From Pseudomonadota bacterium (lineage in GTDB: Bacteria > Pseudomonadota > Gammaproteobacteria > DASZBR01), in the NCBI GenBank assembly GCA_021777765.1, contig JAJYDF010000008.1, positions 19,022 to 83,021 of the forward strand: a stretch of DNA of 64,000 bases. The letters are read 5' to 3'. A program made the position numbers and the translations under genes. Shown piece after piece: positions 32,613-42,497 of the stretch. Numbering within the stretch: the first letter of the stretch is position 1; each line of letters opens with the position of its first letter. A model generated the notes under the pieces. It did not search any database. It saw only the letters and a program-made list of their open reading frames with translations, and was not told where the DNA came from.

Positions 32613-33263
32613 TTAAACCCAATAACTACTATACGTCATTAATTTAGATGTCACTCTCATCGCCATTTGCACTGGTATTGGTAATATTGCGCCACCTGCT
32701 GACATCGCAGTATCGGCATGATGTTGTTCATCATCGCGCATTTGTTGCAATATCGTTTGGCTTTTTTGATCATGGGGCGGTAATTTATTTAGATGATTTG
32801 TTAAATGTTCTACGACTTGATTTTCAGTGGCTGCGATAAATCCTAAATTCCATTTATCACCGGCTATTCCTGCAATGATTCCTAAAGTAAATGATCCGGC
32901 ATACCAAAAAGGATTTAAATAACTGGTGTGACTGTCTAATTCATTAATTCGTGTATGACACCAGGCGAGGTGATCATATTCTTCTAATCCGGCTTGATCT
33001 AATTTAATGCGTATATCATGTGATTTTGCGGTTAATGCTTGGCCTTGATATAGCGCTTGCGCACATACTTCACCGCTATGATTAACGCGCATTAATCGTG
33101 CAGATTGTTTTTTTTCTTTTTCGTTAACGAGCGTTTCAGGCATATTTTGCGCAGGATTTGTGCGTGAACTTTTTGAATGATTATTTAATAAAGTGTGGAC
33201 GGCATTATCGATGCTGATAATAACACGATCGAGAAATGAATATTGGCGAGATTGTTGTGTCAA
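32613..33263 (-). CDS. coq7: demethoxyubiquinone hydroxylase (Coq7 family)
   Basis: Di-iron ferritin-like E...ExxH motifs (NHSGEVCAQALY, DDEQHHADTA). 216 aa. Confidence 0.85.
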   Translation of the reverse strand: MTQQSRQYSFLDRVIISIDNAVHTLLNNHSKSSRTNPAQNMPETLVNEKEKKQSARLMRVNHSGEVCAQALYQGQALTAKSHDIRIKLDQAGLEEYDHLAWCHTRINELDSHTSYLNPFWYAGSFTLGIIAGIAGDKWNLGFIAATENQVVEHLTNHLNKLPPHDQKSQTILQQMRDDEQHHADTAMSAGGAILPIPVQMAMRVTSKLMTYSSYWV

Positions 33264-33290
33264 ATATAATTCCCCTTAAGAAATCTTTAT

Positions 33291-33416
33291 ATTTTCCTTT
33301 CCCCCGAAGGGGAGAAGGTGCCGAAGAGGATCTACAAAAAAGAATTCATCATTAATTTTAAACCACCCTCATCCGCCTTCGGCACCTTCTCCCGCAAGCG
33401 GGAGAAGGAAAAAATG
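33291..33416. repeat. composite palindromic element of REP-like family 1 (one truncated unit plus one inverted full unit)
   Basis: ATTTTCCTTTCCCCCGAAGGGGAGAAGGTGCCGAAGAGGATC ... CACCCTCATCCGCCTTCGGCACCTTCTCCCGCAAGCGGGAGAAGGAAAAAATG. Lies between the queF stop and the coq7 start. Confidence 0.85.
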
Positions 33417-34241
33417 TTATTGTCTACTTAATCTTTCGTTACTAGGCGCATTCTCAAAATTTGATCTAAATGGGTTTATATCTAATCCACCACGCCGAGT
33501 ATAGCGTGCATAAACTGTTAATTTTTCTGGTTTGCAATAATTCATAATATCCATAAAAATATGTTCAGCACCTGGTTCTGCAAATTCATTACAATTACGA
33601 TATGAAATAATATATTTCAATAAACCCACATAATTAATTTTATTGCCTGAATATTTAATTAATATACTGCCCCAATCAGGTTGATTAGTCACAAGACAAT
33701 TAGATTTTAATAAATGAGAAAAAACAGTTTCTGTTGCTGGTGTATTTTCAGTGGTTAAAAATTCAGGATTGACCGTATAAGTATCAGTAATAATATCTAA
33801 ATGATCTAAACAAATACCTGACCATTCTTTAATGGGGAAAATTGAGGCATTTTCAGCGGAATATAAATTGACTTTAATTTTGCTATCAATCGCTTTACTA
33901 ATGTCATTGATAATTGTGTTAACAACATCTTGCTCAGAAGCAAATTTTGTTTGATTAAAAGAATTTAAATAGAGTTTCATCGATTTAGATTCAATTAGAA
34001 ATGTCGATTCGCAAGGAATAATAAATTCCGCCATGGCAATTATCGGTTTACCATTGGAGTTTAACCAAGAGAGTTCATAAGCAGTCCAAATATCAACGCC
34101 ATGAAATGGCAATTTGCCATGAATACCTATTTTATTGCGATTCTCAACGCGCGCTATTGGCCATAATAAGCTGGGGTCGTATTGATTAATATAGGCATTT
34201 TTTTTAACAAGAGGAGAGTGTAATAGTGTAGAATCTGACAT
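33417..34241 (-). CDS. queF: NADPH-dependent 7-cyano-7-deazaguanine reductase (type II QueF)
   Basis: LPFHGVDIW, ESKSMKLYLNSFNQTKF, SHLLKSNCLVTNQPDWGS and YTRRGGLDINP all match E. coli QueF. Start set at MSDSTLL. The ORF extends upstream to 34307. Confidence 0.9.
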   Translation of the reverse strand: MSDSTLLHSPLVKKNAYINQYDPSLLWPIARVENRNKIGIHGKLPFHGVDIWTAYELSWLNSNGKPIIAMAEFIIPCESTFLIESKSMKLYLNSFNQTKFASEQDVVNTIINDISKAIDSKIKVNLYSAENASIFPIKEWSGICLDHLDIITDTYTVNPEFLTTENTPATETVFSHLLKSNCLVTNQPDWGSILIKYSGNKINYVGLLKYIISYRNCNEFAEPGAEHIFMDIMNYCKPEKLTVYARYTRRGGLDINPFRSNFENAPSNERLSRQ

Positions 34242-34328
34242 GATTTGCAAACCTATTGTAGTGGCGGTAAATCGCGATAGTCTAATTGAGTTTTTGCAGT
34301 TCACCAAATTTTTTTATGAGAGGCAAAT

Positions 34329-35009
34329 ATGAGCACTAAAAAGAAAGCAGTCATTTGTGTATCTGGCGGTTTGGATTCCGCAACCTGTTTAGCGATAGCA
34401 AAATCACAAGGATTTGAGTGTTATGCATTAAGTTTCGATTATGGACAAAGACATACCAGTGAATTAAAAGCCGCCGCAAAAGTAGCAACCCTATTAGGTG
34501 CAGTTCAACATAAAACAATTCAATTAGGTGTTGGCGAATTAAAAAATTCAGCATTAACAGATGAGACATTAACTGTACCTGAATACACTGGCAGTTCAGA
34601 AATTCCTATAACTTATGTGCCTGCAAGAAATACACAATTTTTAGCGGTTGCTTTAGGTTGGGCAGAGGTTTTAAATGCTAATGATGTTTTTATTGGTGTC
34701 AGTTCCATTGATTATTCACATTATCCCGATTGTCGACCTGAATATATTGAAGCTTTTCAACGCATGGCAAGATTAGCCACAAAAGTTGGTGTGGAAGGAC
34801 AAGAATTAAATATTCATGCGCCATTATTATATTTAAGTAAGGCTGACACGATTAAAGTGGGATTAGAATTAGGCGTTGATTATGGTCAAACAATTTCTTG
34901 TTATCAGGCTGATGATTTAGGTCGCGCATGTGGTTTTTGTGATCCTTGTACTTTTCGTAAAAAAGGATTTGCTGAAGCAGGTGTTGTTGATCCAACACTC
35001 TATAAGTAG
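34329..35009 (+). CDS. queC: 7-cyano-7-deazaguanine synthase
   Basis: [18 protein letters not shown]-loop motif and a C-terminal Cys cluster (CGFCDPC). 226 aa. Confidence 0.92.
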   Translation: MSTKKKAVICVSGGLDSATCLAIAKSQGFECYALSFDYGQRHTSELKAAAKVATLLGAVQHKTIQLGVGELKNSALTDETLTVPEYTGSSEIPITYVPARNTQFLAVALGWAEVLNANDVFIGVSSIDYSHYPDCRPEYIEAFQRMARLATKVGVEGQELNIHAPLLYLSKADTIKVGLELGVDYGQTISCYQADDLGRACGFCDPCTFRKKGFAEAGVVDPTLYK

Positions 35010-35044
35010 ATTAAATAAATATTTTAATTTAAGGAAATATTAAA

Positions 35045-35779
35045 ATGACAATTCGTGTAATAGTAAATGGTGCTGAAGGAAAAATGGGTCGTGAAACAGT
35101 AAAAGCGGTTGAGCGTGATGACGATTTAATATTAGTAGGAAAAACAGGATTACACGATGATCTTGCTAAAAAGATTGAACAAACTAAAGCTGATGTTGTC
35201 ATTGATTTTACTGTAGCATCCTCAGGCTTTAATAACGCATCAATAATTATTGCATCCGGTGCGCATCCTGTTATCGGCACGACTGGATTTTTACCTGATC
35301 AAATTCAAGAATTACAAAAAAGATGCTCAAAACAAAAATTGGGCGGAATAATTGCACCGAATTTTTCAATTGGTGCTGTGTTAATGATGCGTTTTGCTAA
35401 ACAAGCAGCGCATTATTATTCACATGCGGAAATTATTGAAATGCATCACACCGGTAAAGAAGATTCACCTTCTGGCACTTCAATTAAAACTGCGCAAATG
35501 ATTGTAGAAGGCCGAAAAGAATTTGCACATATTAAAAAAACACGCGAAACCATTCCGCATGCACGTGGTGCAAATTATGAAGATGTTGCCATTCATTCAG
35601 TACGCTTACCAGGATTGGTTGCGCACCAAGCTGTTATGTTTGGAGGCCGGGGAGAAACATTAACCATGCGGCATGATTCAATTCACCGTGAATGTTATAT
35701 GCCTGGTGTGAGATTAGCCTGTAAAAAAGTCATTGAAATAGATCATTTGGTATATGGGTTGGATAATTTTTTGGAATGA
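35045..35779 (+). CDS. dapB: 4-hydroxy-tetrahydrodipicolinate reductase
   Basis: NGAEGKMGR NAD(P)-binding motif and EIIEMHHTGKEDSPSGT catalytic motif. 244 aa. Confidence 0.92.
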   Translation: MTIRVIVNGAEGKMGRETVKAVERDDDLILVGKTGLHDDLAKKIEQTKADVVIDFTVASSGFNNASIIIASGAHPVIGTTGFLPDQIQELQKRCSKQKLGGIIAPNFSIGAVLMMRFAKQAAHYYSHAEIIEMHHTGKEDSPSGTSIKTAQMIVEGRKEFAHIKKTRETIPHARGANYEDVAIHSVRLPGLVAHQAVMFGGRGETLTMRHDSIHRECYMPGVRLACKKVIEIDHLVYGLDNFLE

Positions 35780-35984
35780 GTAAAAATGAGTAAATTGAAT
35801 TGTATTTGTTTTTCTTTAACAGGTGATTCTCTATCAAGTTCATTATTGGTTTATTAACAATGTGGCATAGGAAGTGCACAAATTCGCATTTACGTTTTCA
35901 ACAAGCGAGATTGAGTTATTAATTGATTAAATAAATTATTAAAAGGATTTAATTGATTGTTTCATTCATTTTAACCAATTTATT

Positions 35985-36701
35985 ATGTTAAAGATTGGGC
36001 AAAGGCAACGCGTTAATACTAGCAAGGATGCCAAATCCGAAATAATTAATATACAAATCGCATTTTTTGGGTTGCTCGCATTATTATTAGCATTTAATTT
36101 TACGCTGGCATCCAATAGATTTGAAATGCGTAAACAAATTATGATGGAACAAAGTAATGCGATAGAAACTTCTTATTTAAGAATTAATTTATTACCACCA
36201 TCTGAACAATTACCATTACAAAATGCTTATAGAGTTTATGTGAATGATATGTTGGAATTCTTTCAAAGAGAACACACCATAACAAAATTGAAATATATTG
36301 ATCTGCAAATACGTCAAATACAAGATCAAATATGGTCACTCGCCATGGCGGCAATTGCAAAAAATCAACAGCCGATATATTCAGCCTTATATATTATTTC
36401 TTTGAATAATGTTTTTGATGAATATAATAGCTTTATTACCTCCACTTTTAATCATGTGCCAGATGCTTCAGTATATCTACTTTTTATCGTTTCATTATTT
36501 ACCATGGGTTTAATTGGGTATAGTAATGGATTAGATAATAAGCCAAATAAAATTACCATGATTTTGTGTTCTATTGTTATTGCATTGGTTATCACTATTA
36601 TTTTAGATTTGGACAGACCATTTAGAGGTTTAATTCAAATGAGTGATAAAAATTATATAGATTTACAACAGACTATGAATGCTGTTGAAAAAACTCAATG
36701 A
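35985..36701 (+). CDS. hypothetical membrane protein (DUF4239-like)
   Basis: 238 aa with an N-terminal and two C-terminal TM segments. No catalytic motif. Family assignment is from memory only. Confidence 0.55.
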   Translation: MLKIGQRQRVNTSKDAKSEIINIQIAFFGLLALLLAFNFTLASNRFEMRKQIMMEQSNAIETSYLRINLLPPSEQLPLQNAYRVYVNDMLEFFQREHTITKLKYIDLQIRQIQDQIWSLAMAAIAKNQQPIYSALYIISLNNVFDEYNSFITSTFNHVPDASVYLLFIVSLFTMGLIGYSNGLDNKPNKITMILCSIVIALVITIILDLDRPFRGLIQMSDKNYIDLQQTMNAVEKTQ

Positions 36702-36790
36702 ATTGAATTATAAATATGAGTGCATCTCTATTTTACGAAGCAATATTTTATCAATAGATCGATCTTTGTCCGGCTATCAGTTTAAGTCAT

Positions 36791-36809
36791 AACTCAATAG
36801 AGATAACTT
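36791..36809. repeat. left copy of the 19-bp direct repeat AACTCAATAGAGATAACTT flanking the hen1-pnkp cassette
   Basis: Identical 19-mer at 41005-41023. The next bases are similar (gtgataaaatg versus atgataagatg). Confidence 0.85.
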
Positions 36810-36862
36810 GAATCGTGTGATAAAATGGTTACTTTAAATGAATAATTGAAGGTAAGATTCAT

Positions 36863-38257
36863 ATGTTATTAACAATAACAACAACAAATCAACCCGCTAC
36901 TGATCTTGGATATTTATTACATAAACACCCTGATAAATTACACACTTTTGAATTGTCTTTTGGTAATGCTCATGTATTTTATCCTGTTGCAAACCAGGAT
37001 AAATGTACCGCGGCATTGTTATTGGATATTGATCCCATCTCGCTAGTTAGAAAATCGAAAGGCAATGAAAATTTTGCGCTTCAACAATATGTTAATGATC
37101 GGCCTTATGTAGCCTCATCATTTATGAGCGTTGCTTTAAATCGTGTATTCCGCTCGACCTTAGCTGGACAATGTAAAGATAAACCTGAATTGGTCAATCA
37201 ATCAATGCCACTGGAAGCAAAAATATCTGTCATATTTTGTGGGGTTGGTGAACAGATATTGAAAAATTTATTTGAACCACTGGGTTATACCATAACAATA
37301 CAGCAACATATATTAGATGAACATTTTCCAGAATGGGGCATTAGTAATTATTTTACGCTTATATTGAAAAATAATTGTACATTGCGAGATCTGTTAACGC
37401 ATCTTTATGTATTAATTCCCGTTTTAGATAACGAAAAACATTATTATATTGATGAGGCTGAAATTGATAAATTAATGCGAATGGGACAAGGTTGGCTTGA
37501 GTCCCATCCTGAAAAAGAATTTATCATCAAACGTTATCTTAAATTTAAGGATTTAGCCGACGAGGCATTAGAGCAATTAGCTATAAATGACGTTAATAAT
37601 TTAACGAATCAATATGCTCACGAAACTGTCACAGAAGAAGCGCTGGAACAATCTACCAATCTCAATGAAATTCGCATTAATACCATTTTATCAGTATTAA
37701 AAGAGTATAGAGTTAAATCCATTATGGATATTGGTTGCGGTGAAGGAAAATTATTAAAAGCATTAGCATCTGAAAAAATGGTTGAAAATATTGTTGGATG
37801 TGATGCTTCACCAACTGCGTTGGCGCGCGCACAAAAAAATCTGAATTTAGAACAGTCCGATTTTCTTAAACAAAGAATTTCATTAATACAAACAGCATTA
37901 ACTTATCGCGATAAGCGTTTACTGGGCTTTGATGCGGCAACCATTATTGAGGTAATAGAACATTTAGACCAATCACGATTGGATACTTTTAAAAGAATTA
38001 TTTTTGAGTTTTATCGACCAAAGTTGATAATTATTACTACGCCTAATCATGAGTATAATATTTTATTTGAAAAATTAGTTCATGGTGCATTTCGTCATCC
38101 TGATCATCGCTTTGAATGGACTCGTCAACAATTTGAACAATGGTCGAATTTAGTTGCTGATGAATTTGGTTATAAAGTTCATTTCCAGGGCATAGGATCG
38201 CAATCAGAAAAATTTGGTTCGCCGACGCAAATGGGAGTTTTTATCAGAAATGAATAA
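36863..38257 (+). CDS. hen1: bacterial Hen1 RNA 3'-terminal ribose 2'-O-methyltransferase
   Basis: C-terminal SAM methyltransferase motif IMDIGCGEGKLL...GCDAS...IIEVIEHLD and a Hen1-like N-terminal domain. 464 aa. Coupled to pnkp by an 8-bp overlap. Confidence 0.8.
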   Translation: MLLTITTTNQPATDLGYLLHKHPDKLHTFELSFGNAHVFYPVANQDKCTAALLLDIDPISLVRKSKGNENFALQQYVNDRPYVASSFMSVALNRVFRSTLAGQCKDKPELVNQSMPLEAKISVIFCGVGEQILKNLFEPLGYTITIQQHILDEHFPEWGISNYFTLILKNNCTLRDLLTHLYVLIPVLDNEKHYYIDEAEIDKLMRMGQGWLESHPEKEFIIKRYLKFKDLADEALEQLAINDVNNLTNQYAHETVTEEALEQSTNLNEIRINTILSVLKEYRVKSIMDIGCGEGKLLKALASEKMVENIVGCDASPTALARAQKNLNLEQSDFLKQRISLIQTALTYRDKRLLGFDAATIIEVIEHLDQSRLDTFKRIIFEFYRPKLIIITTPNHEYNILFEKLVHGAFRHPDHRFEWTRQQFEQWSNLVADEFGYKVHFQGIGSQSEKFGSPTQMGVFIRNE

Positions 38258-40799
38258 TCAAGTAATCAATTTACCGCAATTATCTTTAGTCTTATTAGTG
38301 GGCGTATCGGGGAGTGGTAAATCAACATTTGCGCGCAAACATTTTAAAGCAACAGAAGTAATTTCATCTGATTATTGTCGTGCCTTGGTAGCTGATGATG
38401 AAAATGATCAAACTGCAACCCGTGATGCTTTTGAGGTGCTTAATTTTATTGCTGGAAAACGATTAGCAGCAGGTAAATTAACTGTTATTGATGCTACAAA
38501 CGTGCAAGCTGAATCTCGAAAAAGTCTCATTGAATTGGCAAAGCGTAATCATGTATTAGCTGTTGCGATTGTATTTAATATCGATCCGACTATTTGCTCC
38601 GAACGCAATGTGCTTCGCGAAGATCGCGATTTTGAAGATCGAGTTATTCACGCGCAATATCATCAATTACAGCGATCATTAAATAAATTACGTAAAAGCG
38701 AAGGATTCACGCGTACCTATATATTGAATTCTGTTGATGAAATAAATTCTGTAATCATAGAGCGTCACCGCTTATATAATGACAAACTATTTGATCATGG
38801 ACCATTTGATATTATTGGTGATATTCATGGTTGTTTCGATGAATTGATTGATTTATTACAAAAATTAAATTATCAAATCACTATTAATGAACAGGGTTAT
38901 CAAATTATTCATCCCGAGAATAGAAAAATTGTGTTTGTTGGTGATTTGGTTGATCGAGGTCCTAAATCGCCTGATGTTTTAAAATTAGTGATGAGTGTGG
39001 TTACATCAGGTGTAGGATATTGTGTTAATGGAAATCATGATAATAAATTAAAACGTAAATTAATGGGCAACGATGTTCAAATTACGCATGGCCTAAAAGA
39101 AACATTAGCGCAACTTGAAAATGAATCGCACGATTTTAAATTAAAAGTAAAAGATTTTCTTGACGGTTTAATCAGTCATTATGTATTTGATGATGGCAAG
39201 CTTGCCGTAGCGCATGCAGGATTACGTGAAAAATATATAGGACGTGGTTCTGCTAGAATACGTGATTTTTGTATGTATGGTGATACCACTGGTGAGACTG
39301 ATGAATTTGGTTTACCAATTCGCTATGAATGGGCAAAGGATTATCGAGGTAATACGATTATTGTATATGGTCATACGCCAATCCTAGAACCAGAATGGTT
39401 AAATAATACGATTAATATTGATACGGGTTGTGTCTTTGGGGGCAAACTCACAGCATTACGTTATCCCGAAAAAGAAATCATTTCTGTGTCTGCTGCACAA
39501 ATGTATTACAAACCGATCAAACCGATAGGCCATAATGTCGTTGATAAAAACGATATCATTTTAGATATTGAAGATATTGCTGGAAAACGGATTATAAACA
39601 CGCAATTATTAAATAATATCACCATTCGGGAAGAAAATAGTATCGCCGCAATAGAAACAATGACACGATTTGCTATTGATCCGCGATGGTTAATTTATTT
39701 GCCACCCACCATGTCACCTTCAGAAACAAGTCATGAAGCTAATTATTTGGAACATCCAAGAGAAGCAATAAATTATTTTCATAAGAGATCAATTTATCAA
39801 TTAATTTGTCAAGAAAAACATATGGGTTCAAGAGCTATTGTCATTATTTGCAAAAATAATCAGGTAGCAAAAAATCGGTTTAAAGTAACACATGATGCAA
39901 TTGGTATTTGTTATACCCGTACAGGTCGTAATTTCTTTTCAGATAATGAGCATGAACAACAATTTTTAGAAAAAGTTCAAAATGCAGTTTCTAAAATAAA
40001 TTTATGGGAACAATTAAATACTGACTGGCTTTGTTTGGATTGTGAAATAATGCCATGGTCTGCAAAAGCGCAATCATTAATTGAGAAACAATATGCTGCT
40101 GTAGGTTGCGCAGCTGAAGCAACATTACATGAAATAAGTGAATTGCTATTGAAAACAAAAAACAGGGCTATTAATCAAGTCGGTGAGATTGAAGAGAAAT
40201 TTAATAAACGATTAACTATGATAAATGCTTATCGTGATGCATATCGGCGCTATTGTTGGAATATCAATTCAATAGAAGATTACAAATTGGCACCATTTCA
40301 TATTTTAGCATTTGAAAATCAGGTGAATTTAGATAAAAATCATTTATGGCATTTAAATATTATTAATCAATTATGTGATACAGATGCCAATTTTTTTAAA
40401 AAAACAAATTATAAAATTCTCGATACCAATAATGCTGAAAATTGTGATGAAGTTATTGCGTGGTGGCATGAATTAACTTCTTCGGGTGGTGAGGGTATGG
40501 TAGTAAAACCGCTAGATTTTACAATTAAAACTGCTAGGGAATTAATTCAACCTGGTATTAAATGCCGAGGCCAAGAATATTTGCGCATTATTTATGGCCC
40601 AGAATATTTAGAGCCAGCGAATTTAGAAAAATTAAGATCGCGTCATTTGGGGCTGAAAAGATCATTAGCGTTGAGAGAATTCGCTTTAGGCCACGAAGCG
40701 TTAAATCGTTTCATCAATTTTGCTCCATTATATAAAGTACATGAAGCAGTGTTTGGTATTCTCGCTCTTGAGAGCGAGCCAGTTGATCCGAGATTATAA
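38250..40799 (+). CDS. pnkp: polynucleotide kinase-phosphatase (Pnkp) with kinase, metallophosphoesterase and ligase-like domains
   Basis: P-loop GVSGSGKST kinase, calcineurin-like GDIHGC...GDLVDRG...GNHD phosphoesterase, and a C-terminal adenylyltransferase-like domain. Start set at the internal MNNQVINL. The ORF extends upstream to 38214. Confidence 0.82.
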   Translation: MNNQVINLPQLSLVLLVGVSGSGKSTFARKHFKATEVISSDYCRALVADDENDQTATRDAFEVLNFIAGKRLAAGKLTVIDATNVQAESRKSLIELAKRNHVLAVAIVFNIDPTICSERNVLREDRDFEDRVIHAQYHQLQRSLNKLRKSEGFTRTYILNSVDEINSVIIERHRLYNDKLFDHGPFDIIGDIHGCFDELIDLLQKLNYQITINEQGYQIIHPENRKIVFVGDLVDRGPKSPDVLKLVMSVVTSGVGYCVNGNHDNKLKRKLMGNDVQITHGLKETLAQLENESHDFKLKVKDFLDGLISHYVFDDGKLAVAHAGLREKYIGRGSARIRDFCMYGDTTGETDEFGLPIRYEWAKDYRGNTIIVYGHTPILEPEWLNNTINIDTGCVFGGKLTALRYPEKEIISVSAAQMYYKPIKPIGHNVVDKNDIILDIEDIAGKRIINTQLLNNITIREENSIAAIETMTRFAIDPRWLIYLPPTMSPSETSHEANYLEHPREAINYFHKRSIYQLICQEKHMGSRAIVIICKNNQVAKNRFKVTHDAIGICYTRTGRNFFSDNEHEQQFLEKVQNAVSKINLWEQLNTDWLCLDCEIMPWSAKAQSLIEKQYAAVGCAAEATLHEISELLLKTKNRAINQVGEIEEKFNKRLTMINAYRDAYRRYCWNINSIEDYKLAPFHILAFENQVNLDKNHLWHLNIINQLCDTDANFFKKTNYKILDTNNAENCDEVIAWWHELTSSGGEGMVVKPLDFTIKTARELIQPGIKCRGQEYLRIIYGPEYLEPANLEKLRSRHLGLKRSLALREFALGHEALNRFINFAPLYKVHEAVFGILALESEPVDPRL

Positions 40800-41004
40800 A
40801 CAGATAGTATTTACAATATGAGGAAGTATTTTTTTGATACTAAAATTTTTATTAAGCTGGCGGATGAATAAATGCTCATCTGAAATTCTTAACAAAATGT
40901 ATCTTTATTCAGTAATATCAAATAAGAATAAATATTTTTTACCAATTTTTATATATATTTAATCAATGTGCTTATTTTTAAAAAAAGGAAACGAAATGCC
41001 GCAA

Positions 41005-41023
41005 AACTCAATAGAGATAACTT
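41005..41023. repeat. right copy of the 19-bp direct repeat AACTCAATAGAGATAACTT
   Basis: Exact match to 36791-36809. Lies 206 bp after the pnkp stop and 54 bp before the ffh start. Confidence 0.85.
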
Positions 41024-41076
41024 ATAATATATGATAAGATGTCTGAATTTATTGATTTACCTAGGGTTTGTTGCAG

Positions 41077-42468
41077 ATGTTTAATACCTTAACTGAAGGC
41101 TTAACGCGCGTTTTCCAAAGCATTACCGGCCAAGGCCGTCTGACTGAAGAAAATCTCCAAGAACCATTACGCCAAATACGCATGGCTTTATTAGAAGCCG
41201 ATGTGGCATTACCTGTGATTAAAGAATTTCTCGCTGATATTCAGGCGAAAGCGATAAATCAACAGGCTGAAATCATTGATAAAGATGTATTGCGTAAACT
41301 CTCGCCGGGCCAAGCCTTTATCAAAATAGTGCATGATGAATTAGTCATGTTAATGGGCGCAGCCAATGAATCGTTGTCGCTCAATGTGCAACCGCCTGCG
41401 ATAGTGTTAATGGCGGGCCTGCAAGGTTCTGGTAAAACAACTACGGTTGCTAAATTAGCGCGTTGGTTGAAAGAATCTCAAAAGAAAAATGTCATGGTGG
41501 TGAGTTGCGATATTTATCGTCCTGCTGCTATTAAACAGCTTGAAACATTGGCCCATGATGTGAAAGTCGAATTTTTTCCTAGCGACGCATCCCAGTCTCC
41601 TGTTGCAATTGCTCAACAAGCAATTGCTGCCGCTAAACAAAAATTAATGGATGTAATAATCATCGATACCGCTGGTCGCTTGCATATCGATGCTGAAATG
41701 ATGCTAGAAATTAAAGATATTCATGCTGCTATAAAGCCCGTTGAAACGTTGTTTGTTGTCGATAGTATGACAGGTCAAGATGCGGCAAAAACCGCGCAAG
41801 AATTTAACCAAGCCCTGCCCCTGACCGGCGTAATATTAACTAAAACAGATGGTGATGCACGTGGCGGTGCTGCTTTATCGATTCGCAAAATCACAGGTAA
41901 ACCCATTAAATTTATGGGCGTTGGTGAAAAAACCGATGCATTACAACCTTTTTATCCCGACCGTATTGCTTCACGTATTTTGGGTATGGGCGATGTTTTA
42001 TCTTTAGTTGAACAAGTCGAGCAAAAAATTGATCGCGCTAAAGCAGAAAAAATGGCGCAAAAAATACAAAAAGGTAAACGTTTTACATTAGAAGATTATC
42101 GCGAACAAATATTACAAATGAATAATATGGGTGGAATTACCGGATTGCTCGATAAAATTCCTGGTATGGGGATGATTCCTTCAGCAGCGAAAGATAAAAT
42201 TAACGATAAAATGTTTAATCGCTCGATGGCAATAATTGATTCAATGACAGTAAAAGAACGTAACAAACCTGAAATTATTAATGGATCACGTAAACGACGC
42301 ATAGCCAATGGATCTGGTGCGACGATACAAGATGTGAATCGCTTATTAAAACAGCATGAACAAATGGAAAAGATGATGAAAAAAATGAGTGGTAAAGGTG
42401 GCATGTTAAAAATGATGCGCACTATGAAACATTTGTTACCACAAGGCGGAAATTTACCTTTTTCTTAA
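41077..42468 (+). CDS. ffh: signal recognition particle protein Ffh
   Basis: GLQGSGKTTT and DTAGR GTPase motifs, Met-rich M domain. Start at MFNTLTEGL. Confidence 0.93.
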   Translation: MFNTLTEGLTRVFQSITGQGRLTEENLQEPLRQIRMALLEADVALPVIKEFLADIQAKAINQQAEIIDKDVLRKLSPGQAFIKIVHDELVMLMGAANESLSLNVQPPAIVLMAGLQGSGKTTTVAKLARWLKESQKKNVMVVSCDIYRPAAIKQLETLAHDVKVEFFPSDASQSPVAIAQQAIAAAKQKLMDVIIIDTAGRLHIDAEMMLEIKDIHAAIKPVETLFVVDSMTGQDAAKTAQEFNQALPLTGVILTKTDGDARGGAALSIRKITGKPIKFMGVGEKTDALQPFYPDRIASRILGMGDVLSLVEQVEQKIDRAKAEKMAQKIQKGKRFTLEDYREQILQMNNMGGITGLLDKIPGMGMIPSAAKDKINDKMFNRSMAIIDSMTVKERNKPEIINGSRKRRIANGSGATIQDVNRLLKQHEQMEKMMKKMSGKGGMLKMMRTMKHLLPQGGNLPFS

Positions 42469-42497
42469 TTTTTAATTAACTAATAATAGGGGGCCTG

